Shown in pieces: positions 52,389 to 64,000 of a stretch of 64,000 bases of DNA. This DNA comes from Diadema antillarum (taxonomy: Eukaryota): assembly GCF_040938485.1 (NCBI RefSeq), contig NW_027270975.1:1178001-1242000 (forward strand). The letters run 5' to 3'. A model generated the notes under the pieces. That model made no database searches. It was given only the letters and a program-made list of their open reading frames with translations, and was not told the DNA's origin. Numbering within the stretch: position 1 is the first letter of the stretch; each line of letters starts with the position of its first letter. A program made the translations under genes and the position numbers.

Positions 52389-53008
52389 GTATGTGCAGCT
52401 GGCAGGCTGGCTACTGGGGTGTGCAAGCACTCTCTTATCCTGTAGGCCCAGTCCCTGCTGTATGACATGAAGACATGCATCATAACAATTGAGTTATGTT
52501 TCACAGTCAGACATATCATTACATCCAGGCCCAGCTCATGTTGCTTGTATTTGTTCCTAGTCTTACCTTCAGGCCAGCTCCGGGGATGGACACATTGATG
52601 TGATGGTATTTGAAATGCCATAGGCATGTAAATAGGAAAAAGAATCTGGTGCATACTGAAGGGTATTCTTATTGTTGTTTAACTGGAAACATATCAGTAT
52701 TTTTCTCCTAGAAAGTGTACGATGTAGTACATGAGGTGAGATTAGTCTTGAGATGGTAGTCCTCTGTTTTCAGGGAATCAATTTTGTTGGTCTGTATTGG
52801 CCTTTTTATTTAGAAGGCAATCAGTAGCAAAGTCTTTTTCCGAAAATGTATTGAATCTAGTAGATTATGATTTCCATTTGTACGTAAACATCTTTGCGAA
52901 GAAGGGTGTGTATAAAGAGGTTGCTAAAATATGCTTTGTATTTGTATCTTTGTATGATTTGTATCTGGATTTGTATCATTCTTGTGCTAATTGTTTTTTT
53001 CATTTTAG

Positions 53009-53152
53009 GATCCAGAGAGAAAGAGAGCCAAACGTCAAAAAAGAAAACAGCAAAAAGCCAAACAAGTAAAAGCGAAACGCCAAAAAGAGAGAGCAAGTTC
53101 AGAAAGAAAAAGGAGACCAAGGAATAACAGGAAACAATCAAATAAGTTACCG
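53009..53152 (+). CDS. Coding exon A, Lys/Arg-rich: DPERKRAKRQKRKQQKAKQVKAKRQKERASSERKRRPRNNRKQSNKLP
   Basis: Branch-like gctaat + T tract + AG (53007-53008). 144 nt; only phase 0 is open across it. Donor CCG|GTGTGG. Paralogous to the exon at 55444. Confidence 0.7.
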
Positions 53153-54894
53153 GTGTGGCTTTCAAATCCACTTTCATTGCTTGGAGGTTTGGTTTTCTGC
53201 TGTGTGTTTGTATGGGGTTTTCTTTTGCCTGCAATCTGTTTTTCTGTTACCATACAAAGATAATCTTTCTTACCAATCTTTTCTTCACTTTGTTATGACA
53301 ATCAATGCACAGATGCCTATCACAATTCAGAATGCTTACAGAAGAAGACCCACATTTATCTCTTTGCCTTCAAGTAGGCTACATGATGGGGTCTTGTGTA
53401 AAGTCTATGTGGATGTCAGAATCTCAGAAAGAATACATTATGAATTAATCTGTTTCATCACAATTCTTTTTTTTTAAAGTCAGTTTTTCTTGTTTTGCAG
53501 TAATTTTGTTTGTGTCATTTTGGTTTCTCATTTTTATTTTTCATTGTTTGAGTTTGCCCTTTGGACATAGGGGTATTTGGATATTTGATCACATGCCCAG
53601 ACCAAATCACATTTGTGTAGGTTTTCTCATTTTTGTTATTTTTCATCTTCTTATTTGCTTTTCCTTTGAGATGTACTTATGTTTTTCTTTGCTATTTTCA
53701 TTCATTTCAACCATAATGAAAGATAGTCAAATGTCAAATTTATAAAACTTTTGGAAAAACATACAAAGAAATAATTCATGAAAAATGTTTCTACTGAAAT
53801 TAAATCTTATCCAGATAATTATATATGTATTTGTATGAAATACATAACGAACCATGCCTCTTTATTGTCTTACAGAAAGTCTGGCTTATGAATTTTGAAC
53901 ACTTTCCTGGTTTCCATGATTTTTTTTTGCATGTGTCATACAAATGCACTGTCTGAAGTGTTTGTTTATTCTTAATTATTCACTTTTGTAATAATTTGAC
54001 TTTAATAATATAAGAAAACAAGCTTCACAATTTCAGTTTGCACCCTTTAAGTTCCCTTTAGTTTGGTCCATTCAGCATAATATTTTGATCTCTTTTGGAA
54101 TGTCCAGAAGTTAAAAGCCAAAAGAAGCTGGCTGATGCAGAAGATAAGCCTGGAAGAGAGAAGCATATTCGAGGAAAATGAAAGTGCAGCTGCTGGTGGG
54201 CAAATACTGTTGATGAGACAAACGTTCAGAAATACCTGACAGTTTGAATGTCTGCAGATTGTAGCATTTCTTGGCATCTTGATGTCGCTGTCTTTGTTAT
54301 GTGACCTTGATAACACTCAGATGATTTCATGTGGACATGCCACTTCAGAAAGGATAACACTTCTCAATTTAAATCAGACACATCACAATTTAATTCTGCT
54401 TTTCAATCACTCTCATGTTTCATCATTTATGCGTTAAAATTCTTTTGTTTTGGAGTAATTTAAAAGTTCCTGATAAATATAGCTCTGTTTAGATACTGCC
54501 TTATATTGTGAAATATAAGATCTTAAGATATTCAAATATCTTTGACTAACATTAGTTGTTCAATTTTGCTCACATTTTTTCCAGTCTGTTGCTCTGATTT
54601 CACTTATGTTATTCAGGAACATATTTGTCTCTGCTGTAAATATTATTGCAAAGTACACATAGACCTACTGGAATGCCCCTATATATGTACACTATGTGTA
54701 CATGTACATGTGCATATCACCAACACGCTCACATACACAACTTCTTGAAGGGTAAACAACCCAACATGCATCTGTAGACTCAGTGAATCCAGCAGTAGCA
54801 GTGAATCTTGAGGAAATTTGTACTATCAGTTCAAAGTTATGAATTGTTGATATCTTAGTGCCACCGTTGCTAGAAAAGCAGGCTAATACAGTTT

Positions 54895-55250
54895 GTGATG
54901 TCATAGAAGTAGAAGATGTACAGAAAATATAAAGGAAATTCTACATATTTTCATTTTTCTAGCATAATGAAGGAGTATCAGACTTACCTCCTGCGGGAGG
55001 CATGAGGAATAATATTACCTTTAGCATAAATATGTCAGTAATAAGTTAAAGGAGGTTGTACTGTTCTTAAAAAATGAAATTTTGTAGACTTCTCTTTACA
55101 TCAATCCACTTCTGTGACATCACTCATTTTTCTAGCCTTCTTATCCATTGATGAGATGGCATGTGGTTTTAATCAATATATTAAATATGCATAGCTTCTG
55201 AACAGATTGTCCAATTTTCCTCCAATTTCACTGATGTATTCTCTGCATGA
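54895..55250. mobile_element. Degenerate internal fragment of the Kolobok-type family (35407)
   Basis: Collinear similarity to ~35570-35930 (ggaataatattacc..., attttcctc.aa.tttca.tgatgt). Confidence 0.5.
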
Positions 55251-55443
55251 ACAGAATCCACATACATGTTGGGGTACGTAAGTCTTGCTGTGTATTTTTC
55301 ATCTTATATTTTTTTTCTTCTTAATTTTTCTTCTTTATTTCATACTTTTTATGTTATTTTCACATTACAGTATGGTTGAATCTGTGTTTTGCTGCAGTGA
55401 TTAAATTCATGACATTTAGATTATTATTCTTTTTTTTATGTAG

Positions 55444-55542
55444 GAATCCCACAGGAAGAGAAATAATCAGCAAAAAGCAAAAGCAAGTGGTAAACGGAAA
55501 GCAAGTGCAACAAATGAAAGGAAATACCCAGACAATTTGCCG
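55444..55542 (+). CDS. Coding exon B, basic: ESHRKRNNQQKAKASGKRKASATNERKYPDNLP
   Basis: T-rich tract + AG (55442-55443). 99 nt, phase 0/0. Donor CCG|GTGGGG. Shares RKR, QQKAK, ERK..P and terminal LP with exon A. Confidence 0.68.
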
Positions 55543-56384
55543 GTGGGGATTTCAGTGTTTTCTTTCAGTCTTGATGAGATGTTGAGAGAGTTTTCTGCTT
55601 GGTTTGCCATTGTTTGCACATTTTATGCACCAAAGATTGATAACATGAGAACACAAGGCACTCAATGTGTTATGTATTTCTCAATTTATTTGTCTTATTT
55701 TACATTTATATTCTGGCTATGATTGCCAGGAGTTGCTGTCAACATATATGCAGAAAGCATCTAGTTTTCTTTTGGCAGAGTATTCACATTTCATCTTAAA
55801 AGATGTCATACATCAATTTTACCAGTGTCATACAACACTGGCACAGCCCATGGTACAATGAACCTGCAAAGATAAATAGAGAAAATGTTTGTAGTGTCTG
55901 AAAGTAGACTAGCTCCTCACATACCATTTGTCTACATCGGGCTGGTAGAAGGAATAAACAAGGGGGAAGGGAAAAAACTGTGACTTCACAACTCCAAACT
56001 CATTACAAGGCAAGCAAGCATGTACTCAGACATGACCAGGGGAGCATCGGTCTGTAAATGTGAAGAATTAACTCCACGTTTGACATCCGTGCGCGGCTCA
56101 GCGCTCCCGTGATCATGTTGCAATTACACGCCTTGATGCGCCAGTAGGGCTGCGGATTGTCAAATGTTTGGTTGTGTAAACGTACTGGTAACCTTTCTTT
56201 TTGTGTGTTGTTGTTGATCCGCAAGACACAAAGCCCCACGGATGGAAGTATTATAGAGCATTCTTTTCACTGATGCGAGCCTGGAAAGTTTGTTTGTGAG
56301 TTTGGTGTGCAACGGTATTCTTTCTTTTGGTGAGTTTCATTGTTTTTGACACTTTGTCCCAATCCTCTCTCATCCTTTTCACAG

Positions 56385-56393
56385 GGTGGCTGA
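56385..56393 (+). CDS. Candidate short terminal coding exon (Gly-Gly-stop) followed by 3'UTR-like sequence
   Basis: Strong acceptor ...cctctctcatccttttcacAG. Phase-0 reading GGT GGC TGA. Unverified. Confidence 0.25.
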   Translation, partial: GG

Positions 56394-59300
56394 ATCTCTA
56401 TCTCTGTTAGCTGTATATCTATTTCTTTCACTTTCAAAAGAATTTTATGACAGTTACTAGTTGTCATTATAGGTTTAGTATATATGGGCAGTCATAAAAA
56501 TGCTGTATGCAACTTGATGATTGTATTGCCTGCATATTTGTCACTGCAGAATTCAAGTGGTACGAATGATGATGGACTTGTGTTGAGCAAATTTACAAAT
56601 TTAGTGTCATTGCTGGTCAGTTGTATGTTTAGTACAGTGGAAGAAAGTATGTTTCTAGGCAATTTAAGGTTTAATCCGCTTGTTCAACTTTTTATTGAAC
56701 TGATCAAAGGAATATGATACAAATGCTAATCCCAAAGCAAACAGCAATCACATTTGTAAAGTTGAGTCAATCTCAAACTGCAAGTTACCCAAGCAGAGCC
56801 TGTAGAGAATGAAAGCTAAGCTAAGGCTATCCATTTAAACAAATTTTCAGTGCATTGGGTGCTTGTATTGTGGTATCATAGAATTTTGCTCCACTCACTC
56901 ATCTCACAAAACAAGGGATATATTCATACGTAGCTTCTTTTGAGGGTTTCTCATAGGTATGTTCTTTTACAATTAGAATTTAAGACTCATTCTCTATCTT
57001 TACTATGGTTCTGGCCACCAGTGTCCTTCCATGGTTTTCTTTTAAAGAAATATCCTTTCAGAAAATCAGAAATGTGTTAAGAAGTTGGAGAAACTGCAAG
57101 GAATCGCAAATAGTGTTTTAATGTCATACTTTGCTGGTGGTGCTGTCAAATTAACTACTTCATTGCTGTGTAGAATATTATTCTCAGCATGAGTGCGAGA
57201 AATTGGAGTAAAGCATAGATAACATTTATATTTTAGGGTCCTGTTTTTCATTACTTTAATTTCAGGGTTGTTATTTATATAGTGAAGTCATGGTAAGTCA
57301 ACTCGTGCATGTTTCTGCATCATGAAATGCCAGTAATCTGGAGACTTTTTAAACATTTTTATTTCATTGCAAGTATGCACTTTGAGATTAAAGTCTGCAC
57401 AAAAAGCATTTGATCTGTGCACTTTTCCAATGTCAATCTGAATTTGTTTGGATACACCCTCACCAGTTTTGGAACTCTGTTACAAGTACTCAGAGGTAGA
57501 TACACAAATCTAAAATAGTTAACATAAATTTGACTTTCCACTTAGAAGGCAGCCAGCCAGAGCAGAGACTAACATTGACTTTCCAGACTCTATCCACACC
57601 CACCAAATACTAACAATCCTACCTAGAGTGGTCCCAGACACTTTGACTGCCTCAACTTTGTCATCTTTTCACCTACCATCTCTTACCTGAAGAAGACTGG
57701 AGGCACTTGTGAGAATGTCTGCATCAGTTCAGTCTTTGATTAACCCCTCCAAGGACTAGATTGTCAAAATACTAATGATATTGTTTGCAAAGAGGTTGCC
57801 AGTGGTAATGACAGGGTTACATTCTGTATGGGAATGTTTGTTTCTTCACTTCAGAGAAATAAGTGCTGCTTGAGTGGTAACTATGCTTCCCTTTGTGAAG
57901 CTGGTATGACCAAGGAGGTACGCCTTGATATGACTGTTGAAGTACAAATTTTGCAGCATCCTTTTCTGGTGGTTTTACCACCCAGGGTTCAATTAATAAA
58001 GAGTATGAAAGGGTCCAGCACCATTCCTCATCTTGAGCACATAACCACTGGAATTATAAAGAATTGACGCTCAGCAGAAATGGTGCATGTCGATTGTGTG
58101 TGCTAAAAAGTGCAAGTCTTTTTTTCCAGTCTCATTCATTTTGAAAGCATAGCCAAGAAAAATGTATATCATGTGATGGCTTTACATCCATTGATTTAGA
58201 AATGTGCATGTTGATTATTTTGTTGGCACAATTCTTTAAAATAAGATACCATCATGAGATTTATAAGAGTCAAAGATACATTAGCATGTCATGGTTTGTT
58301 GAGATTTGATTTGATTTCTTTCAATTCAATTTATATTGTGTGAAGTGGACAGATTTCATTTCATTGTTTCAATCACACTTGACTTGATCTTAGATGGTGG
58401 CTTGTGATACAAATTGTTTTTGTTTGATTTTTTTCCCACTGGAAGTTGTCTGAGATCAACTGCTTCATTCTTTTTATTGTATCCCTATTTGTTTGTGTTT
58501 TTTTCAAGCAATTACATGTACTATTATTTTGTTGTGTAAATTTGAATTTAAGAGTGAAACATGAAAAAGAGGAAAAATCATGATTCTTCTTAATAATAAA
58601 AGTGTTTCAAGATTTAAGTCTCATTGTATATTTGGGCAGATGATGTTGACCATGTTCACTGATGGACAGCAATTGCAATTGTGCAGAACTTGACATTCCT
58701 TTGCAGTGTCAGTGGATGAGATACAGAATCACATTTCACACAGTTTTCCTCCTCAACCTCTCTGTGATGTGAAAGTGAAGATGGATGATCCCAGTTGGAT
58801 GTCAAAATGAGTTTTTGGATCTCTTAAAGGGAAACCTCATGTTCAAGTTATCTTAGATAAAAAGAATGGAATCAAACATGATAATGCAGAAAATTAAAAG
58901 TATTGTTAAAATTGGACATAGTGAAAGAGAGAGTTGAATTCCACAGTTTCGCATTTTTTTAAATTCCAGAACAATTGCACTACTATTCATATAAGTAATA
59001 TGAAATTATGAAGTCTTAGTTTCACAGATCTCCCATTTTTATACACACAAATCTTCAACAAATTTGTTTCACATGAATTCCATGCTGCATATAACATTGT
59101 CCTAGATTTGTAACAATTGAACAAAAATGACTTTGTTACATATTTTTTGAATAATTGGCATAGAGACTTATCTTGCAATTTTTTTTGTGTGTGTAGTAAC
59201 TAATGAGAGAGTAATAAAGCAATAGCATTATCACATTGTTTAATTGTTTAATACCACAGTATTTCAAAAACATGATAAAGTATAAAGTTTGTAATTTTCT

Positions 59301-60819
59301 TTAATAATACCTTTTTTTATGGGATGTTTACTCTTCAGTTTGTTTAACTTTTAATACTGATTTTACTAAATCACCTTGAATGAGGAGTACAATTTCCCTT
59401 TAAACAGAGAATTGAAGTTGTAATACAAGGGGCTCCACATTGGTTCTTATTTCCAGCTTTATGCAGGTAACTGTCCTACAACTGTATTAGCAAATGTATT
59501 CCTCTATATACAGAATGCTTTGGTAATGGATAATGCAAGAGTGGAAATGGTATTCAAATGGGGGATGGGGGTCAGGGAGGGTATTGTAAATGGTCTTGCT
59601 CTTAGCAATGTTGATGGTATGCTTTTCTTCTTTTTAGTGTGTATGCACAGACAGAGCAAAGTACAGACTTCATTTGTGATGGTACACAGCAGTTGAGAAA
59701 GTGCACGTTTTTGTTCATTGACTTAGACATATCTTAAGGGGCTGGCCTCTTTGAATTCCATCCTATTATCTCATTGCATCACATTGTCACCTGGAATGGA
59801 CCCCTTGCTGCTAAACGACCATCTCTTCAATGGAAGGGTCCATTCGAACAGGTCTTAGGCCTGGAGACAGAACCAACAGTGGACCTACAAAGAGTCCATA
59901 ACAATTATGTGATACTCCTAATGGCCACTTACCATGTCTGCGCAAACATCAGACTTACCAAATTAGGGGGTGGGGGTACAAGTTATATTCAAATGCTGGT
60001 GATAGTCTCATTTCTCAGACTTATGTCATTCATAATGCAATGTAATAAGATTAATTTTTCCCTCACCCTTCCTCATCCACATCAAATGTGTTTTACATAT
60101 GTGTATGATGTTGTGTTTTAGGCCTATATACTTTACACATACATGCATACATACATACATAGGCGTACATACATAATATCCATACACACATGCATATACA
60201 TGTGTATTGTATGTACATGTGCATACAGGAAGAAAGTTGTGTAGTTTATCAATACATGTATCTTAAAATCTAGGCACTTAGCATGTCCTATAGAATTGAA
60301 GGTCATGTGAAATCTCAAGCTATCATTCCGTCATTGTAATGAAAATAACTGATGTATCCTATACTTTCTAGCAGTTGTTAAAATGATCTTATGATTTTAT
60401 ATTGTGTGTTTTTTTTTGTATAGTTCAATTGAAGAAATTGTGATTTTGGGACAGTGTATGTGTTATGGTATTGATGATAGTGATAATGACAATAATAATG
60501 ATAAAAGGAGAAGAAACAAGAATCCCCCCTGTGTTCCCATCCTCTAGGCCATTGAGAAGTTATGTGGTCTATAGCAGGTGTTGATAAATTGTTTTGACAA
60601 AAGAAAGCATCCCTTTCAATATTTCTGATAGCAATTATTATTGTACAAAGAACAGGGCATGCACACTAAAATCAATCAAAGATTGTACTTCTACTAATTG
60701 TAAAATTCTACTAAGTACACAAAAATACTCATTAATCATTTACTTAATGTGAAATATTTAACATTCAATTGCTAACCCTGATGAACAAAGTTATGCACAT
60801 ATGTAGGCAAGATGGTTAA

Positions 60820-61201
60820 AGGGACTGTACAGTACTGGTTGAGGTGGGGATTCATGTTTTGAACATTGCTAAGTGAGATAATGAGAAACCTCTCATGAAA
60901 TATGAAAGAGCATGTAATTTTAAGAAGGATTCAATGTTTATTTGATGAAAATTGGTTTTCAAATGGCTGAGATATCCAAAAAGTGATAATAATAAAAGGC
61001 GACAGGCCACGCTTTTTATTAGGATCTCTTTGTTTCACCTTGTTTTTGGATATCTCAGCCATTTTCAAACCGATTTCATCAAATAAACTTTTGATACCCC
61101 CTAGAATTGCATGCTCTTTGACATCTCATAGAGTGGTTTCGAAATATCTCGCAAAACTTTAAAAGCTAAATCCTCACCTCAACCAGAACTGTACACACCC
61201 T
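60820..61201. mobile_element. 382-bp Kolobok-type fold-back MITE (second family)
   Basis: TTAA TSDs at 60816-60819 and 61202-61205 with AG termini. Imperfect arms (agggactgtacagtactggttgaggtgggg vs agggtgtgtacagttctggttgaggtgagg) extend >100 bp. Confidence 0.85.
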
Positions 61202-61722
61202 TTAAATGTTAACTTTTTATGAGATATCAATATTCCATTTTCATCAGACCTGGGGCAGTAATAACAAAGAGATCTGAAGAAAAACTGGAAGCATATGTTG
61301 AGTACAATATTACCACCAAGTTCCATACCGAATTTTAACGTTTCTTTTGAAATATATCTTGAAATTATAAATATTGAGAATCACTTCTTTGGTTTCCATT
61401 AACAAACTCTATGGAAGATCGTGTGTGGAGTATGAACGTCAAAGCCAGTGGAATGCTATGCATGCATTATTGTCGTGCTATAGAACCTACTTCATAAATT
61501 TGCCCAAATTGTTAAAAGATTACACATTTTGTATTTACGTCCCTGACTATTCTTTTATCATTTGCTAATAATTGACATTTTCAAAAAGAAACTCATAACC
61601 CATTTAGTTCAAGATCAGAACTGATGATTTCAAATGCATTGTGGATTATTTGTATTAGTAGTTGATTTATATGTTTGTTCTCTTATGACAATTGTAAAGT
61701 GCTTCAAAACATGTTTGTCCTA

Positions 61723-62009
61723 NNNNNNNNNNNNNNNNNNNNNNNNNNNNNNNNNNNNNNNNNNNNNNNNNNNNNNNNNNNNNNNNNNNNNNNNNNNNNN
61801 NNNNNNNNNNNNNNNNNNNNNNNNNNNNNNNNNNNNNNNNNNNNNNNNNNNNNNNNNNNNNNNNNNNNNNNNNNNNNNNNNNNNNNNNNNNNNNNNNNNN
61901 NNNNNNNNNNNNNNNNNNNNNNNNNNNNNNNNNNNNNNNNNNNNNNNNNNNNNNNNNNNNNNNNNNNNNNNNNNNNNNNNNNNNNNNNNNNNNNNNNNNN
62001 NNNNNNNNN
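61723..62009. other. Assembly gap (N run)
   Basis: 287 N. Confidence 1.
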
Positions 62010-62499
62010 GAATTGTAGCTGTTTCCAACTCCTGTTTGGTTGGCCAGTTGTGGCTGCTTTTTGACACCCAGCCATGCTGGTTTAGAAAGTGAAATACCCA
62101 TCATACATTGGCCAACTATTGCTGCTTCATACAGTATCATAATCCTGTGGAACTCTTGACGTGGTTTGAAGTTTACTGCCTGTAGCTCAGCAATCAAGGG
62201 GGCTGGGGTACAGTCTGGATCACTCAGTGTAGGAATGCCAGACAAGATTCGAACAGGCTCATCCATCGTCAATGCTCATATCTACCACTCAGAAGCGAAA
62301 AGCTATCCCCTATCACCCCACCCCCGTCACTAGAACTGTTACTTCCAGCTGGTTTTCATATGTCAGAGTTTACCTCACAGTGTATATTCTCTGCTCTGAA
62401 TTTTTTTTTACCCAGTAGTTTTTCTTTCTCAGTGGAAGAGAGTTGTTTTATTGCATGAACACCAACCCCCACCCCCCCCCCCCCCCAGTCCTCGTAGAC

Positions 62500-62768
62500 C
62501 TCACAATTGATTTGCTATGGTGTAGTTCAGTGGTGCAGTTCTCTGGTGCGGTTTGTGGCGAAAGATGCGCCAATGCCAGGCAGCTCTTTGGCGGGACGGA
62601 GGAGTAGAAATCAAAATTTATTGCTGTGGAGTGAACGAGGGATGAACCAGCCAGATACAGAGTTATCTCTCTGCCAACTGGAATGTTATTGTGTGCTGCG
62701 TGTGATACATTCTAGAGATACCTGGCCGTGTGTAATATTCATAAAGCTCTTTACAAGGAAATCTATGT
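62500..62768 (+). promoter_or_regulatory. CpG-retaining promoter / first-exon-like region
   Basis: Local CpG enrichment without TIRs. CCAAT at 62570-62574, E2F-like TTTGGCGG at 62587-62594, donor-like |GTGAGT at 62769. Confidence 0.3.
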
Positions 62769-62936
62769 GTGAGTTTATTGCATTCTCCCTGGAAAGGTGT
62801 GTCATCTCTAGTGACTTCCACAGAAAAGGAGCAAGCAGAAGTTGTATAGCCATATCACAACATTCTGAGTGAACATTTACTGGTCATTTGAATGATTTGA
62901 GAAATGGATACTGGTTCACTTCTTTTTGTTTTTCAG

Positions 62937-62961
62937 AAGTAGAAAATACTGTGAGAGGCAG
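62937..62961 (+). other. 25-nt exon with textbook splice sites (5'UTR or frame-changing microexon)
   Basis: Acceptor cacttctttttgtttttcAG and donor CAG|GTGAGT. Open as EVENTVRG (phase 1) or SRKYCERQ (phase 2). Confidence 0.5.
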
Positions 62962-64000
62962 GTGAGTTTATTGTAATGTCTGTGATTGTCATAAGATTGT
63001 TTCAATTGCTTGATAATTTAGCCAAGCCATTTTTCCATGAAAATTTTACAGATTTGGCATGTAACATGCAGATCCGTTCGTATGATCATGGTTTTCTCTT
63101 TCTCCTTTGATATGCCATCTGTAGATTTATGCTTTCAGCAGGAAAATGCCCATCATTAGGTCAAGATATGTGGATGGATTCCAGCTTTGAGCTGTTTTGT
63201 GATGATTACTTATGGGACCTCAAGGCCAAGATGTACATATTTTGCTCTGTCACAAGTAAATGTGAATATATATCCTGTAACAAAAATTGTAATGCATCTT
63301 CAAGTACTAGAAAGTGTAGAAATATCATTTGGGCAGTGCCTTGTTAAACCAGACACATTGTATGGATTAATATCAAAACAGGTAAAAAGAAACCCCCCTT
63401 AAACTAACAAGAGAAGAAGTCATGTGCAATTCTTTCACTGAAGTGCAGAATAATGGCAAAGTACCTGCTTGGCCTATTCATAGGCATTAGCTGGCTTTGT
63501 ATTGAATACTAGTTGTAGGCACATTAGAGGGGCTGTCATAGGTCACTGTCAAATTAGTATGACTGTGGGTAACAGGGAAAGAGAAAAACATGTGCTGCAG
63601 GTGGGTTGATGGTTACAGCAGAGAGTTATTAACATATGAGTGTGATACAGCTACACTGGAGTTTCAGTATATACCAAGGGAGAAAAATTAAGCACAGGAA
63701 TCAAAATGAATAAATGTTCCAATGAAAAGAAAACATACAGGATAAATAGAATATTGGTGAGATTATCAATCAGTTGAAGTGTTATATTTTAGATAATGAT
63801 CAGAAATAGTTATACTAAGTTTGTTCATTTTTATGAATCTTTCTTCAGTATGAAACTAGCTGGAATGTGATGTGTTCATTTGAATGAATTTGAGTCTTTT
63901 TTTTAGGCCTGAAAACCTTCTTTCCAAATGTGAATACAAAACAAATAATAAAAGCCCTGCATAATGTCTTCAAGTTCTTAATTTTCTTAGCCCATCACCT

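Noticed and set aside
58828-59400. Possible highly decayed Kolobok-type element (ttaaaggg ... cccttaa)
   Set aside because: Arm similarity is too weak to support by eye.
59457-59466. 10-nt microexon-like segment (ttcttatttccAG CTTTATGCAG GTAACT)
   Set aside because: It is not frame-preserving and has no independent support. Such sites occur by chance in 64 kb.
59774-60121. QWKGPFEQV resembling a Gypsy integrase C-terminal motif, and a short hairpin at 59794-59845
   Set aside because: An isolated motif without other integrase or LTR features. The stem is only ~12 bp, too short for a pre-miRNA.

Overview
AT-rich animal genomic DNA. It resembles an echinoderm (sea urchin) genome, which is an inference from repeat types and composition, not a database match. 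There are two assembly gaps, no prokaryotic operons and no CRISPR array. The only long coding feature is a young, nearly intact APE-endonuclease/reverse-transcriptase non-LTR retrotransposon (CR1/L2-group LINE) on the minus strand (~19365-23600). Its ~1026-codon ORF2 is broken by just one 1-nt frameshift and one nonsense codon. The rest reads as large introns of an unidentified plus-strand gene or genes, filled with non-autonomous DNA transposons that can be typed by their ends: piggyBac-type, Kolobok-type, Tc1/mariner-type, Sola-like, MULE-like and Harbinger-like. Degraded LINE remnants and microsatellites are also present. The most interesting host signal is absent from the ORF track: two paralogous phase-0 exons (53009-53152 and 55444-55542) encoding Lys/Arg-rich peptides that both end in Leu-Pro with near-identical donor context. 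They are candidates for an alternative or mutually exclusive exon switch. Weaker candidates include a first coding exon with an N-myristoylation motif (MGECYSLFSK), microexons, and a promoter-like region near 62.5 kb. No host gene could be named, and most ORF-track entries are spurious.
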